From NCBI GenBank assembly GCA_951406725.2, contig OX597831.1, positions 66,588,001-66,652,000 of the forward strand: DNA of 64,000 bases, given 5' to 3'. Below, piece by piece: positions 1 through 14,066 of this stretch. A program made the translations under genes and the position numbers. Source of the stretch: Octopus vulgaris. Taxonomy: Eukaryota. A model generated the notes under the pieces. The model worked only from the letters and a program-made list of their open reading frames with translations. It did not search any database and was not told the origin of the DNA. How positions within the stretch are numbered: position 1 is the stretch's first letter; every line of letters begins with the position of its first letter.

Positions 1-1145
1 AAACAGTTTTTAAATTTTCACTCCATTCAGGTGCCAATTCGTTTTCTTTATCGCTGTTGGAGCTCTCGAATTCACTGTTTTCACTTTCAGAAAATGAAAC
101 ATCAGATTCATTATCAAATACCATGTGCTTTTTTTTTTCAGTCATAGAGTTAGATTTATGAAGGTCTTCAGTAGAAAATCCTTCGTATTCTGACTCGCTG
201 CTTGATATAATGAAATTCGTATCCATTTTTTGTCAGAATTTTTGTCACAAAGTGACTCTAATTGCAGGTAGATACAGGTAAATTCAACAAAATATAAAAT
301 TATTAAAATTTTGTTCAAACATCGCTATAGAAAATGGGTTATTAGCTATACAACAAAATTGGGTATACAACAAAATTTTACGATAGAATTTGTTATTCTG
401 GGTAACTTTCTGATACCCATAATAATATTCACGGCAAAATAGTCTTAATTTCATATAAGGTTATGGGAAACCACAAACTATCGTTTCTTTCGCTTTGTTT
501 AAGTTTAGCGTAGCGGTTCGTTTCCGCCGTAATGATTTCAAATAGGCTCATTCGAAAAAGTAAAAAGAAATAGTCTAAGGCTTTACTCTTCTGGGAAAGT
601 CTGTGGCTTGGTCCAGTTTCTTCAGAAAAATCACCAAAAGAAACAGTTTTTAAATTTTCACTCCATTCAGGTGCCAATTCGTTTTCTTTATCGCTGTTGG
701 AGCTCTCGAATTCACTGTTTTCACTTTCGGAAAATGAAACATCAGATTCATTATCAAATACCATGTGCTTTTTTTTTTCAGTCATAGAGTTAGATTTATG
801 AAGGTCTTCAGTAGAAAATCCTTCGAATTCTGACTCGCTGCTTGATATAATGAAATTCGTATCCATTTTTTGTCAGAATTACAAATTTTGAAAACACAAG
901 AGGAACAAATTTCGGAAAAAAATCTCTCAAAATTCAGGGAATTAAAATTACACTTCGATTATTGTACAAAACTGTAGTTGAACTGTTTACGAAGTATAAT
1001 ACGTGTTTTCACGAATGTACTAAAGAGATTTGCTCTGATATTCTCATTTAAATATGAATAGGTAAATTCGGGCGGCTTTGGGCGGTTTGGTCACATTAAC
1101 CAAAATTTTTTTCGGACGGCTTTGGGCGGTTTGGTAACGAAAGGG
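1..1145 (-). mobile_element. Internally deleted piggyBac (PGBD4-like) element with an internal ~640-bp tandem duplication; other end lies outside the window
   Basis: Ends GTAACGAAAGGG|TTAA (TTAA at 1146-1149). ORF 429-866 (acidic N-terminus, DYFFLLF..IITAETNRYA) resembles a piggyBac transposase N-terminus. 1-240 repeats 641-880. Same family as 37165-38253. Empty TTAA site in the paralogous intron at 30482-30485. Confidence 0.85.
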
Positions 1146-1268
1146 TTAATGGGTATTAGACTCTATTTGGATGTTTATTAAATAAATATATTAATTAATA
1201 ATTGGATTTAATGTATATAGTTTAAAGTGTTGTATTTAGTTTTCATTTAATGTATATTTTGTATCTTA

Positions 1269-1431
1269 TCATCATCATCATCATCGTTTAACGTCCGTTT
1301 TCCATGCTAGCATGGGTTGGACGGTTCAACTGGGGTCTGGGAAGCCAGAAGGCTGCACCAGGCCCAGTCTAATCTGGCAGTGTTTCTACAGCTGGATGCC
1401 CTTCCTAACGCCAACCACTCCGAGAGTGTAG
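1269..1431 (-). mobile_element. SINE family A 3' fragment with (GAT)n tail
   Basis: catcatcgtttaacgtccg...ggatgcccttcctaacgccaacc recurs more than 12 times in the window. Confidence 0.8.
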
Positions 1432-1794
1432 AGGCAGATGTAATGGGGTGGTGGTGGGGGACATTTTTTGGGTAAGCAGGGCACAAACTGTCTTTCTTAG
1501 GGGAGTGGTCAAAAGAATCAGTGATAAAGTAAATAAATGAATAAATAGAATAATTGAATAGAGTTTTAGGTAAATTAGAAGACTATCGCTTTTAGTCAGT
1601 TTGTTGTTGTTGTTATTAAGTTGAGGGAAGAAGTAGATATGTATACATAAAAGAACATATAAAATAAATATACATACAAACCCAGATACATACACATGCG
1701 AATATCCATACACATACATATACATATGCCCATGTATATACATACAGACACACACATACATACATATAAATACACTAGCACATATATATATATA

Positions 1795-1834
<40 letters not shown>

Positions 1835-2348
1835 CACATACACACACATACATATATATGCATATATATACATACACATATATATATATACAAATACACA
1901 TACACATACATGCAAACACACAAACACACGCACACCTATATCTACACATATATAAATATACACACCCATACACACACACACACATATATATATATATATT
2001 TTTCTTCTCTCCTCATCTTCCTCCCTTATTTTATTTTTATTTTCCCTTGACTGTCTTCCAGATCATAAAAGGTATAATATATGACCTACCTACCCACCGA
2101 CACACATTTAGTGGCGCTAGAGTAGACAAACGCCAAAAGTTCCTATAATTCCCCAGGGTTCCAGCAGGCCTAATGGAATCCATCTACCGCTCCCTTCTCC
2201 CTTCCTTTCTATCTCTTTACCCACGGATACAAATGCAAACACTCACACACACTCACACGCACACTCATACACATACACAAACACACATGTTCTCTCACTC
2301 ATTACCTCCTCATCCACTTATACATATGTATATATCTCTCTCTACTTG

Positions 2349-2403
<55 letters not shown>

Positions 2404-2924
2404 ATATACACACACAAGTACTCATATGCATACATACATAAATGTACCCACTTTCACATAAACGTATACATAACTATGTACACACAAACACACATATATA
2501 AACGTACTTCAGTACACATAAACACACATAAATATCTGCCCGCATATATAAACGCATATGCTCATATAAAAACATATGTGCATATAAACATACATACGCA
2601 TATATACGCATCCATATGCTTATAAATACATATATGCACACATGCATGCATACATGTGCACATAAATGCATACATGCATATACATACCTACACACATATA
2701 TACCTACATGCACATACATACACATACGTACACGTACATACATATACATACCTACACACATACACATACATATATACACATACAAAAATCTACAAGTCCA
2801 TATATATATATATATGTATATATATACATATACATATACGTATATACCTGCACACACATACACATATATACTTCCACCCATACACCAATATATACATATC
2901 TACATACACATACATATACATATA

Positions 2925-2966
<42 letters not shown>

Positions 2967-3194
2967 CTTACACCCATACACAAGTATACAAGCATATATA
3001 CATATATATATACACAAATACACATATATACACACAAATACACATACGCATACATAAATATATACATATACATGCATACACACACACACATATATATATA
3101 TACATATTTAAAAAAGTCTACAAGTCCATACATATACGCACATACATATACATACACACATATATACACATATATATATACCTATATATATATA

Positions 3195-3565
3195 TTGTTA
3201 TATTTCGGAATGGTCATATTGCCAGTTTAGCCAATAAAAACACATGCACTATATATTTGGTGTTATTTTGCTTCAGTGATACTTATTTTTTACATTAATC
3301 TTAATCTTATTTCGGCCAAAGTTCTTTCGTCACACTCCTGTGACCGCATCAGTGGTCCTTTGTTTTCTTCTCACTTATTTGTGTCTCTCCTTACTAACCG
3401 TCAGCCATTTTGTATTTCTATTGCATGTCTTCATTTGCGCATGCTTATATCTCTATGTGCATCTATGTTTATTTAGTGTGTGGCTAAACTGGCAATATGA
3501 CCATTCCGAAATATAACAGTATCTGTTTCAACACATGACTTCACATAAAAAATCTTGCACAACAA
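3195..3565 (-). mobile_element. Short non-autonomous element with a 38-bp inverted repeat and a hammerhead-like motif, inserted in (TA)n
   Basis: tgttatatttcggaatggtcatattgccagtttagcca (3195-3232) is inverted at 3481-3518. Absent from the right arm of the palindrome. Confidence 0.55.
3314..3358 (-). ncRNA. Variant type I hammerhead-like motif
   Basis: Minus strand reads cca-CTGATGC-g-GTCAC(aggagt)GTGAC-GAAAgaaCTT-tgg; the core deviates from CUGANGA. Confidence 0.4.
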
Positions 3566-3601
3566 ATATATATATATATATATCTATATATATATATATA
3601 T

Positions 3602-4758
3602 TGTTGTGGTTCGGCCGGCACAGTATTTCTTGACCTACTTTGTTGAGAGGTGAGACGGAAGGTCTGGAATAAAAAGCTACAGCCCTTTGTTTACTGGAAG
3701 AGTAATGGCTTTTGGAGGGACCTTTGGCCTTGTGCCGGTCGATTAGGGGTCAGAGAGATGTGAGGGCCGAGGAAGATAGAGTAAGGAAGAATCCAGTGAC
3801 AGTGAAGAAGAGGAAGAAGAAAGTAGTGAGAAAGACAGAGTAAGGGATCTGAGAGCTGTCATGAGAGAATGACAGTGACAGCGTCGATATAGATAGGCAG
3901 ATAGGGCTGAGAGCAGATAGAGAGGATATTAGTGTGCAGAGACAGATTGAGGGTAGTGATAGAGGACAGTCGGTATTCGGTCGTCAAAGCGAGCAGTCGG
4001 TTTTTGGGAGTCGAGGCGAGCGGTTGGAATTTAAGCAGTCGGCGGTCTTGGAGTATTGGGACAGAAAGAGATATATACAGAGGAATAGGCGGCGGTGGAG
4101 ATGGGGTACAATATGAGGCGTTGGCTAATGTAAGGTACGTGAATTGTGCATTGATATGTGAAGAAAAAGAAGGACAAGGAATCGAAATGAACAGTGAAAA
4201 GAAATGAGACAGTAAAAAGGAATTTAAAGAACAATGTGAATTGTGTAAGGACATTGTGTACAGTGTTGTGATTTGAACATTGTATAATGAACAATGAACT
4301 GTTAGGCCTGTAATGTCCTTTGAACTGTATATGACTTGTTGATGTGTTTTGAAATAGAACTGTGTCTTCGGACGTGTACCTTTGAAATGCTGATGTATTG
4401 ACCTTGATGTGTTGTGACCGGACGGTTATATTGTTACTTGCATGTTTAAATGCTTTGATCTGTGGTATACCTGTTTGATGTATTGAGTTGTCACGTGCAT
4501 GTCCTCTTTTAAATGTATCTGAAATGTATTTGATGTTGTAACAATTGATTGTCATAAACTAGTGTTAAATGTAAGCCAGTTGTGCCTTGCCTCTTTGTGT
4601 CTCTCTCGGTTGCCTCTGTATCTCCTCTGTGCTGCTGTTGTGTTGTTGTATCTCTCTCTCCTCTCCGAGTTTCCGTAGCGAAAATATTCGCTGCATCGAA
4701 CGGGCCTTGTGTGAGGGATTCCGTAACAGTTCGAATCGGAGGTCCCCACCTCGTAACA
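3602..4758. mobile_element. Probable solo LTR (Gypsy-like), 1157 bp
   Basis: TGTT...AACA termini with ATAT on both sides (3598-3601, 4759-4762). Non-coding and absent from the other palindrome arm. Confidence 0.6.
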
Positions 4759-4798
4759 ATATATATACACATACATACACCCATACACAAGTATACAA

Positions 4799-4837
<39 letters not shown>

Positions 4838-7800
4838 AATACACATACATACATATACACAAATACACATACGCATACATAAATATACATATGTATATAC
4901 ACATGCATACACATACACACACACACACGCATCTATATATACATAAATACATACAAGCATATATACATATACATATACACATACATACACGCATACACAA
5001 ATAATAAATATATATACATGCAAATACCTATACTTACACATACACATACGCGTACATATACATATACATATATATATATATATATACATAAAAACACACA
5101 TGCGTACATATACACCTATACATACATACATATACACACATAGATACATGCTCATAAGCACATACATATATATATATATATATATATATCCATATTCCTA
5201 TTCATATTCATATCCATACCCGTATTCATATCCATATATATATAAAAATATATACATATATAAATATACATACATATATACATACATATATTCATATTTA
5301 CATTCATACACATATATATATGTACATATACACATACATAAACATATACACATGCATATACCTACACATAAATATATATTCGTGTACACACACATACATT
5401 AATACATACACACACATATATACACACATATGCACATATACACACATACATATACACACATATATATATATATACATACACATACATACATATATATCTA
5501 TATATACATACATACACATACATATACACACACATATATATACACATACAAAAACATGTACACATATACTCATACACACGTATACACGCCTTCACATACA
5601 CATGTACATACACAGTTGCACACACTCACATACAAATACATATATGCACTCATATACATATATGTGCACATATAAACATGCCCACATCCATATATATGTA
5701 TATAGTCTTAGGAGAGAGGGTAATTGGGGGTGCTGAAGGAACGGTGGGGTGGGGGGTTTTTGTGGGTGGGGTGTCACAATCGGGTTGCCGAGTGGGTCTG
5801 TAGTTTTTGTAGTTTGCATAAATTTTGTGCATACAGTTTGGGGAGTGTTCCGAGATATTGTTCAGGAGAGGGCCTTTGGCGAACAAGATCTCTAGGCTCT
5901 CAGAAATGCAAAGGTCACAGCAGGTATGGCCTCCTGTGTAAGAACGCGCCCTCTGTAGTAGTCTCCACTTGATCTTGAAGGGGATGGAGTTCCTTTTAAG
6001 GTGCCAGATATGGGCGGCGAGAGTATTCTGGTTAGATTTGTCAGGTCGCCGGAACGAATGTGTGTGGGCGTACCAGCGAGTCTTAAAACTATTTGACGTC
6101 ATTCCGATGTACGATTTTCTTTTATCATCGGGGCCTGATCGTACATCGCATATGTAGACGAGATTCTTCTGTAGGCAGTTGTTGTTGAGGGGGCAAGTAG
6201 TCTTATCAGGGCAGTTGCAATTGCTGTCGGATGTTGGATGGGCTTCGGAAAAAGTAGATTTATTAAGTTTTTTTACGTTATTGTTGGCTAGGTTCCTGGC
6301 TAGATTGGGTGTGGTGGAGTAGGAGAGTCTAATGGTGTTCTTATTAAGGATTGTATAGTACTTATGTTGGGTGGGGAAGTGTTTTTGTAGGAGAGTGAAG
6401 AAAATTTTAGCTACAGGTGTTGAAACTTCACGGTTGAAGGGTGGGGTGTACCAGCTAATGTGTCTTCCCCTATTTTTCCTGGGTTGGCGTCGGGCTATGC
6501 TAATGTAGGTGATCTTATCTTTAAAGCCACTGCGGGCCAGGGCCTCGTTGTAATAGGGGGCTGCGGCATTAAAGATATCTTTAGTGGCAGAAAGGCTAGA
6601 TATTCCAATGGAGACACTTTTCACTAGGTTGTCTAATATATTTTTGGGGTGGTTAGAATTAATGTCTATGTATCTGAGGGATTCATTTGGTTTATTGTAC
6701 GGGTAATAAAGGGAGGTTTTTAAATCGAGGGTAACGTCAAGGAAGTTAGCTTTGGTTAAGTCCGAATCTAAGGTAATCCTAAGGCCTAAGTTTTTAAAAA
6801 AAAGTGTAAAGGTTTTTCCGGAACCCATCCGTGGTCCTGGGGTTTATTTTGTAGAGGGCAAAAAGGCCATCATCGCGGTAGAGACCACCGGAGAGGCCTG
6901 TGAATAGGGTCTTCAGCCTATGGAGGAAGAAAAGGCTCACAAGGTCACTTATTTCAGCCGAGTCGCTAGCATCCATGCTGATGTCGAAGGGGGTCACGGA
7001 TTTTTTGTTGATCCAGTGGGATCCGTCATGGTAAAGAAAGGTCTTACGTGCATGGAGGATCACATCTTGCTCGGCTTCGGTGATGGTGGAGAACATCCTA
7101 GTGAAGTTAATCGTGTCAATCAGCAGGCTCTCCGATATGGAGGCGTAATAATCCTCGATATCTAATTGTAGGAATCGGGTGTTGCTCTTGTCAGGTAAAT
7201 CCTGGAACCAAGTTATTGCCTCGGAGGTCCTATTCCAGAGTGGAAGGGGTGAAGCTTTGGTCCGACTGATTAACCCAACCAAGTCTGACATCGGATCTGT
7301 CAGCAAGAAGATCCTGGACAGGATTTTACCTAAAATAGGTGAAGCTTCACCCCTTCCATTCTGGAATAGGACCTCCGAGGCAATAACTTGGTTCCGGGAT
7401 TTACCTGACAAGAGCAACACCCGATTCCTACAATTAGATATCAAGGATTATTACGCCTCCATATCGGAGAGCCTGCTGATTGACGCGATTAACTTCGCTA
7501 GGATGTTCTCCACCATCACCGAAGCCGAGCAAAATGTGATCCTCCATGCACGTCTCCATTAGAATATCTAGCCTTTCTGCCACCAAAGATATCTTTAATG
7601 CCGCAGCCCCCTATTACAACGAGGCCCTGGCTCGCAGTGGCTTTAAAGATAAGATCACCTACATTAACATAGCCCCACGCCAACCCAGGAAAAATAGGCG
7701 AAGACACATTAGCTGGTACAACCCCCCCCTTCAACCGTGAAGTTTCAACACCTGTAGCTAAAATTTTCTTCACTCTCCTACAAAAACACTTCCCCACCCA

Positions 7801-8879
7801 ACATAAGTACTATACAATCCTTAATAAGAACACCATTAGACTCTCCTACTCCACCACAACCAATCTAGCCAGGAACCTAGCCAACAATAACGTAAAAAAA
7901 TTTAATAAATCTACTTTTTCCGAAGCCCATCCAACATCCGACAGCAATTGCAACTGCCCTGATAAGACTACTTGCCCCCTCAACAACAACTGCCTACAGA
8001 AGGATCTCGTCTACATATGCGATGTACGATCAGGCCCCGATGATAAAAGAAAATCGTACATCGGAATGATGTCAAATAGTTTTAAGACTCGCTGGTACGC
8101 CCACACACATTCGTTCCGGCGACCTGATAAATCTAACCAGAATACTCTTGCCGCCCATATCTGGCACCTTAAAAGGAACTCCATCCCCTTCAAGATCAAG
8201 TGGAGACTACTACAGAGGGCGCGTTCTTACACAGGAGGCCATACCTGCTGTGACCTTTGCATTTCTGAGAGCCTAGAGATCTTGTTCGCCAAAGGCCCTC
8301 TCCTCAACAAGATCTGTGTATGTACATGTGTATGTGAAGGCGTGTATATGTGTACATGTTTTTGTATGTGTATATATATGTGTGTGTATATGTATGTATG
8401 TATATATGTATGTATATATAGATATATAGATATATATGTATGTATGTGTATGTATGTATATATAGATATATATGTATGTATGTGTATGTATGTATATATA
8501 GATATATATGTATGTATGTATGTGTATGTATGTATATATATATATGTATGTATGTGTATGTATGTATATATATATATATATGTATGTATGTGTATGTATG
8601 TATGTGTATGTATGTATATATATATATATGTGTATATGTATGTGTGTATATGTGCATATGTGTGTATATATGTGTGTGTATGTATTAATGTATGTGTGTG
8701 TGTACACGAATATATATTTATGTGTAGGTATATGCATGTGTATATGTTTATGTATGTGTATATGTACATATATATATGTATATGAATGTAAATATGAATA
8801 TATGTATGTATATATGTATGTATATTTATATATGTATATATTTTTATATATATATGGATATGAATAGGAATATGGATAT

Positions 8880-8921
<42 letters not shown>

Positions 8922-8989
8922 GCTTATGTGCGTGTATCTATGTGTGTGTATGTATGTATAGGTGTATATGTACGCATGTGTGTTTTTAT

Positions 8990-9037
<48 letters not shown>

Positions 9038-9275
9038 GTATATGTATATGTACGCGTATGTGTATGTGTAAGTACAGGTATTTGCATGTATATATATTTA
9101 TTATTTGTGTATGCGTGTATGTATATGTGTATATGTATATGTATGTATGCTTGTATGTATTTATCTATATATAGATGCGTGTGTGTGTGTATGTGTATGC
9201 ATGTGTATATACAAACGTATATTTATGTATGCGTATATGTATTTGTCTATATGTATGTATATATGTGTATTTGTG

Positions 9276-9317
<42 letters not shown>

Positions 9318-9341
9318 TGTATACTTGTGTATGGGTGTATG

Positions 9342-9373
<32 letters not shown>

Positions 9374-9775
9374 GGTATATATATGTGTATATATGTGTGT
9401 ATGTATATGTATGTGTGTATATGTATGGACTTGTAGACTTTTTTATATGTGTATATATATATATGTGTGTGTGTATGCATGTATATGTATATATTTATGT
9501 ATGCGTATGTGTATTTGTCTATATATATATATGTATATATGTGTGTTTGTGTATATATATGTATATATGCTTGTATACTTGTGTATGGGTGTAGGTATGT
9601 GTATATATATATATAGGTATATATGTATGTGTATGTATATGTATATGTATACGTATGTGTGTATATGTATGGACTTGTAGACTTTTTTTTATATTTATAT
9701 ATGTATATATATGTGTGTGTGTATGTGTGTAGATATGCGTATGTGTATTTGTATGTGCATGTGCTTATATATATA

Positions 9776-9827
<52 letters not shown>

Positions 9828-10852
9828 TATATGTATATGTATGTGTATGTAGATATGTATATATGTATATATTGGTGTATGGGTGTATGTGTATGTGTGT
9901 GTAGGTATATATGGACTTGTAGATTTTTGTATGTGTATATATGTATGTGTATGTGTGTAGGTATGTATATGTATGTACATGTACGTATGTGCATGTAGGT
10001 ATATATGTGTGTAGGTATGTATATGCATGTATGCATTTATGTGCACATGTATGCATGCATGTGTGCATATATGTATTTATAAGCATATGGATGCGTATAT
10101 ATGCGTATGTATGTTTATATGCACATGTTTTTATATGAGCATATGCGTTTACATATGCGGGCAGATATTTATGTGTGTTTATGTGTACTGAAGTACGTTT
10201 ATATATGTGTGTTTGTGTGTACATAGTTATGTATACGTTTATGTGAAAGTGGGTACATTTATGTATGTATGCATATGAGTACTTGTGTGTGTATATGTAT
10301 GTGTATATGTATATATATATATATATATGTGCATGTAGAGAGAGATATATACATATGTATAAGTGGATGAGGAGGTAATGAGTGAGAGAACATGTGTGTT
10401 TGTGTATGTGTATGAGTGTGAGTGTGTGTGAGTGTTTGCATTTGTATCCGTGGGTAAAGAGATAGAAAGGAAGGGAGAGGGGAGCGGTAGATGGATTCCA
10501 TTAGGCCTGCTGGAACCCTGGGGAATTCTAGGAACTTTTGGCGTTTGTCTACTCTAGCGCCACTAAATGTGTGTCGGCGGGTAGGTAGGTCATATATTAT
10601 ACCTTTTATGATCTGGAAGACGGTCAAGGAAAAATAAAAATAAAAATAAAATAAGGGAGGAAGATGAGGAGAGAAGAAAAAAAAAATATATATATGTGTG
10701 TGTGCATGGGTGTGTATATTTATATATATATGTGTAGATATAGGTGTGCGTGTGTTTGTGTGTTTGCATGTATGTGTATTTGTATATATATGTGTATGTA
10801 TATATATGTATATGTATGTATGTGTATATGTATATATATATATATATATATA

Positions 10853-12350
10853 CCACCATCCACACCGCCCTTGCCAGAGCAATTTCTGTGGACCGTGTAT
10901 CTGCTCTCCCTCCCTGAACCCGCCCTGTAGTCTCCCGCCTCCCTTTTCCCCTCACTTACTACCCCACGACCCTACCTCTCCAACGCACCATTCTTCGAGC
11001 TTTCCGTCATCTCCAGTCCGACCTGTCCACTTCACACCTCTTCCCTAACCGACCCCTCCCCTCTTTCAAACGAGCGCATAACCTTCGAGACCTTTTGGTC
11101 TGTAGCTCCTTCCCTGACCCTACCTCCCAACCTGGCTCGTTCCCCTGCTCCTGCCCACGTTGCCGCACTTGCCCTTACCTCTCCAACACTACCCTCCTCA
11201 CTGGCACCCATCATCGACCCTATCGCATTATCAACTCCTTCACCTGCACCTCCAGCAATATTATCTATTGCGTCTCTTGCTCTCTCTGCCATTCCCTGTA
11301 CATCGGACAAACGGGACGCCGCTTGGCTGACCGGTTCGCGGAACACCTTCGTGACATCCGCCTTGCGAACGACACACTGGTTTCACGCCATTTCCGCTCC
11401 ACCGGTCACTCCTTGCAACACCTGTCTGTGTTCGGTTTGTCCTTACACAGAGGCCATCCGGATTCCCGTTTGCGCCGTGAACAGGAATTAATCTTCTCTC
11501 TTCGTTCTTATACGCCATTTGGTCTCAACTCTCCCCCTCCTCATCTAACCCCCCTCTCCCCCTCCTCATCTAACCTCCCCTCGACCCCTACTTCTTTTCA
11601 GTCCTTCATCCTTTCACCCCTACTCCTCTTCCCTTCTTCCCTCTTTCTCCCTCCCTCCTTCTTCCCTCTTCCCCTTCCCTCTTTCTCTCTGCTCCCTCAC
11701 TCCCCTTCTCTCTCTCTCTCCCCCTCTCCTCCTCTCCCCTCCTCTTCTCTCCTTCCTTCTCCCCCTTCTCTCCCCTCCTCTTCTCCTCTTCTTCCTTCTC
11801 CCCCTTCCCCCCTTTCCTTCTCCCCTCTTCTCTTTCTTTCTCCCACCTCCCCGTTCTCCCCCCTTACCTCCCCATCTTCCCTCATCTCCTCTCTCTGCAC
11901 TACACCATACGACTTTACACATCACATCATATATACATACACACGTCCAGACCTCTCATACGCACTAATACTCACTCATACACACACACACACTCTTCTC
12001 ATATACACACACACACACACTCTTATGTTGGAGCGAGGTCATTTAACCCTATTATCTCCCCTAATTTCGCTCTTGCGTCTCACGTTTGATCTTTGACTTC
12101 TGGCCGAAATCAGATCGCCATGTTGATTCGCTAGCCTCTTCACACATTTTTTTTCTCTCCTTCTTTCTGTGTTTTTTCTCTGTGTATCTTTCTGTTGAAG
12201 AGCGTAGGCTCGAAACATTAAAGACTTGTTTTATTTATATTTCCTGAGCGCCATACTAATACAATTGTTTGTTTGTATTCCACCTGCCTTCGTCTTTTGT
12301 TTATTTCTGTAAACCTGCCTTTGTCTTTTGTCTATTTTCATAAAGCTTCC

Positions 12351-12352
<2 letters not shown>
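10853..12352 (+). mobile_element. Penelope-like element 3' part (Neptune-type GIY-YIG) nested in (TA)n
   Basis: NLRDLLV..PCSCPRCRTCPY..FTCTSSNIIYCVSCSLCHSLYIGQTGRRLADRFAEH..PFGLN, a pyrimidine-rich 3' UTR and a hammerhead-like motif near 12190. Confidence 0.85.
12186..12224 (+). ncRNA. Minimal hammerhead-like motif (variant core) at the Neptune 3' end
   Basis: tcttt-CTGTTGA-a-GAGC(gtag)GCTC-GAAAcatt-aaaga; related copy at 58805-58843. Confidence 0.4.
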
Positions 12353-12393
<41 letters not shown>

Positions 12394-12396
<3 letters not shown>

Positions 12397-12810
12397 TCAT
12401 CATCATCATCATCATTTAACGTCCGCTTTCCATGCTAGCATGGATTGGACGGTTCAACTGGGGTCTGGGGAGCCCGAAAGCTGCACCAGTCCAGTCAGAT
12501 CTGGCAGTGTTTCTACAGCTGGATGCCCTTCCTAACGCCAACCACTCCGAGAGTGTAGTGGGTGATTTTATGTGCCACCGACACAGGTGCCAGACGAGGC
12601 TGGCAAACGGCCACGCTCGGATGGTGTTTTTTATGTGCCACCGACACAGGTGCCAGACGAGGCTGGCAGACGGCCACGCTCGGATGGTGTTTTTATGTGC
12701 CACCGACACAGGTGCCAGATGAGGCTGGCAAACGGCCACGATCGGATGGTGTTTGTTACGTGCCCTCAGCACGGAGGCCAGTCGATGCGGTACTGGCTAC
12801 GGCCACGTTA
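12394..12810 (-). mobile_element. SINE family A with internal ~61-bp tandem repeats
   Basis: Three copies of tgtgccaccgacacaggtgccaga.gaggctggca plus the family tail. Confidence 0.8.
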
Positions 12811-13205
12811 TATATATATATATATATGTGCTAGTGTATTTATATGTATGTATATGTGTGTCTGTATGTATATACATGGGCATATGTATATGTATGGATA
12901 TTCGCATGTCTATGTATGTGGGTTTGTATGTATATTTATTTTATATGTTCTTTTATGTATACATATCTACTTCTTCCCTCCACTTAATAACAACAACAAC
13001 AAACTGACTAAAAGCAATAGTCTTCTAATTTACCTAAAACTCTATTCAATTATTCTATTTATTCATTTATTTACTTTATCACTGATTCTTTTGACCACTC
13101 CCCTAAGAAAGACAGTTTGTGCCCTGCTTACCCAAAAAATGTCCCCCACCACCACCCCATTACATCTGCCTAAATGTATAAATGCCAGATCTTATTTTGA
13201 CAGCA

Positions 13206-13256
13206 AGCTTCCTGATGATTTCATTTGAATGAAACAGTTCTAGTCCTGTAGAAGCT
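13206..13256 (+). ncRNA. Type I hammerhead ribozyme motif
   Basis: AGCTTC-CTGATGA-t(TTC attt GAA)t-GAAA-CAG(ttctagtc)CTG-TA-GAAGCT; stems I and III are perfect, stem II is weak. Confidence 0.65.
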
Positions 13257-13338
13257 CCTTCTATAAAATAAATTAATTTACTCTGCTATGTATTGAGTAC
13301 CTTATTTACTGTGGTTAACCCCGACTCAACCCGGGACC

Positions 13339-13379
<41 letters not shown>

Positions 13380-13381
<2 letters not shown>

Positions 13382-13973
13382 TGTGCGCGAAAAGACCAGG
13401 AAGGACAAGTGAGTCCAGCCCACTTATGCATGCCTTCCTCCCTTGGACACACAAAGACCTGTTGAGGCAAGCGAAGTCGATATTGAACCTCATCTGACGA
13501 TGGGCACCTATGCCTGTTGGGGCAAGTGGAATCGAAATTGAACCAATCCTATGACTGGCACCCGGCAGATGCCAGGACCCCTGGACTGGAGATACGTAAA
13601 AAGCACTATCTGAATCGTGGCCGATGCCAGCGCCGCCTCGACTGGCGTCCGTGTCGGTGGTACGTAAAAAGCACCATCCGAATCGTGGCCGAAGCCAGTG
13701 CCGCCCCGACTGGCTTCCGTGCAGGTGGCACGTAAAATGCACCAATCCGACCGTGGCCGATGCCAGCCTCGCCTGGCACCAGTGCAGGTAGCACGTAAAA
13801 AGCACCCACTACACTCACGGAGTGGTTGGCGTTAGGAAGGGCATCCAGCTGTAGAAACATTGCCAGATAAGACCGGAGCCTGGTGCAGCCTTCTGGCTTC
13901 CCAGATCCCCGGTCGAACCGTCCAACCCATGCTAGCATGGAGAACGGACGTTAAACGATGATGATGATGATGA
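13380..13973 (+). mobile_element. SINE family A, long subfamily
   Basis: Ends ggacgttaaacgatgatgatg; inverted near-copy at 40146-40700. Confidence 0.8.
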
Positions 13974-14066
13974 TATATATATATATATATATATATATTT
14001 TAAAGAATATATTTATATTTCAAAAGTATATTTATTAATTAATTATTTTATTATTGTAGTTATCTT

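Larger units (their letters stand above)
1432..7257 (-). mobile_element. Penelope-like retroelement (Naiad-like), left inverted arm: partial RT, GIY-YIG endonuclease and microsatellite-rich 3' region
   Basis: RT motifs QLDIEDYYASI, PFDISM and GGLYRDDGL. Frameshift at the A/T run near 6800. CNCx5CPLxxxC zinc finger, then VY..SYIGMT..FKTRWYAH GIY-YIG domain (5650-6828). 3' region is the reverse complement of the right arm. Confidence 0.85.
7258..13340 (+). mobile_element. Penelope-like retroelement (Naiad-like), right arm: 5'-truncated RT, ~440-bp internal deletion near 7553, GIY-YIG to ~8313, long 3' region ending in a hammerhead
   Basis: VRLINPTKSDIG..FLQLDIKDYYASI, then [23 protein letters not shown]. 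Near-identical to the inverted left arm. Confidence 0.8.

Noticed and set aside
5650-8313. Selenoprotein-encoding Naiad element or SECIS
   Set aside because: No in-frame TGA in the visible RT and endonuclease frames. The AUGA hairpin near 2080 is on the wrong strand and lacks a proper quartet.
10490-10630. HDV-like or twister ribozyme in the unique island
   Set aside because: Hairpins are present, but the required pseudoknot elements could not be fitted.
1596-10955. Dozens of long Y/I/H/T- or C/V/M-rich ORFs
   Set aside because: These are translations of (TA/CA/TG)n microsatellites, which lack stop codons in most frames.
11540-12096. Pro/Ser/Leu-rich extension of the Neptune ORF and antisense Glu/Gly/Arg ORFs
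   Set aside because: Read-through into a low-complexity pyrimidine tract.
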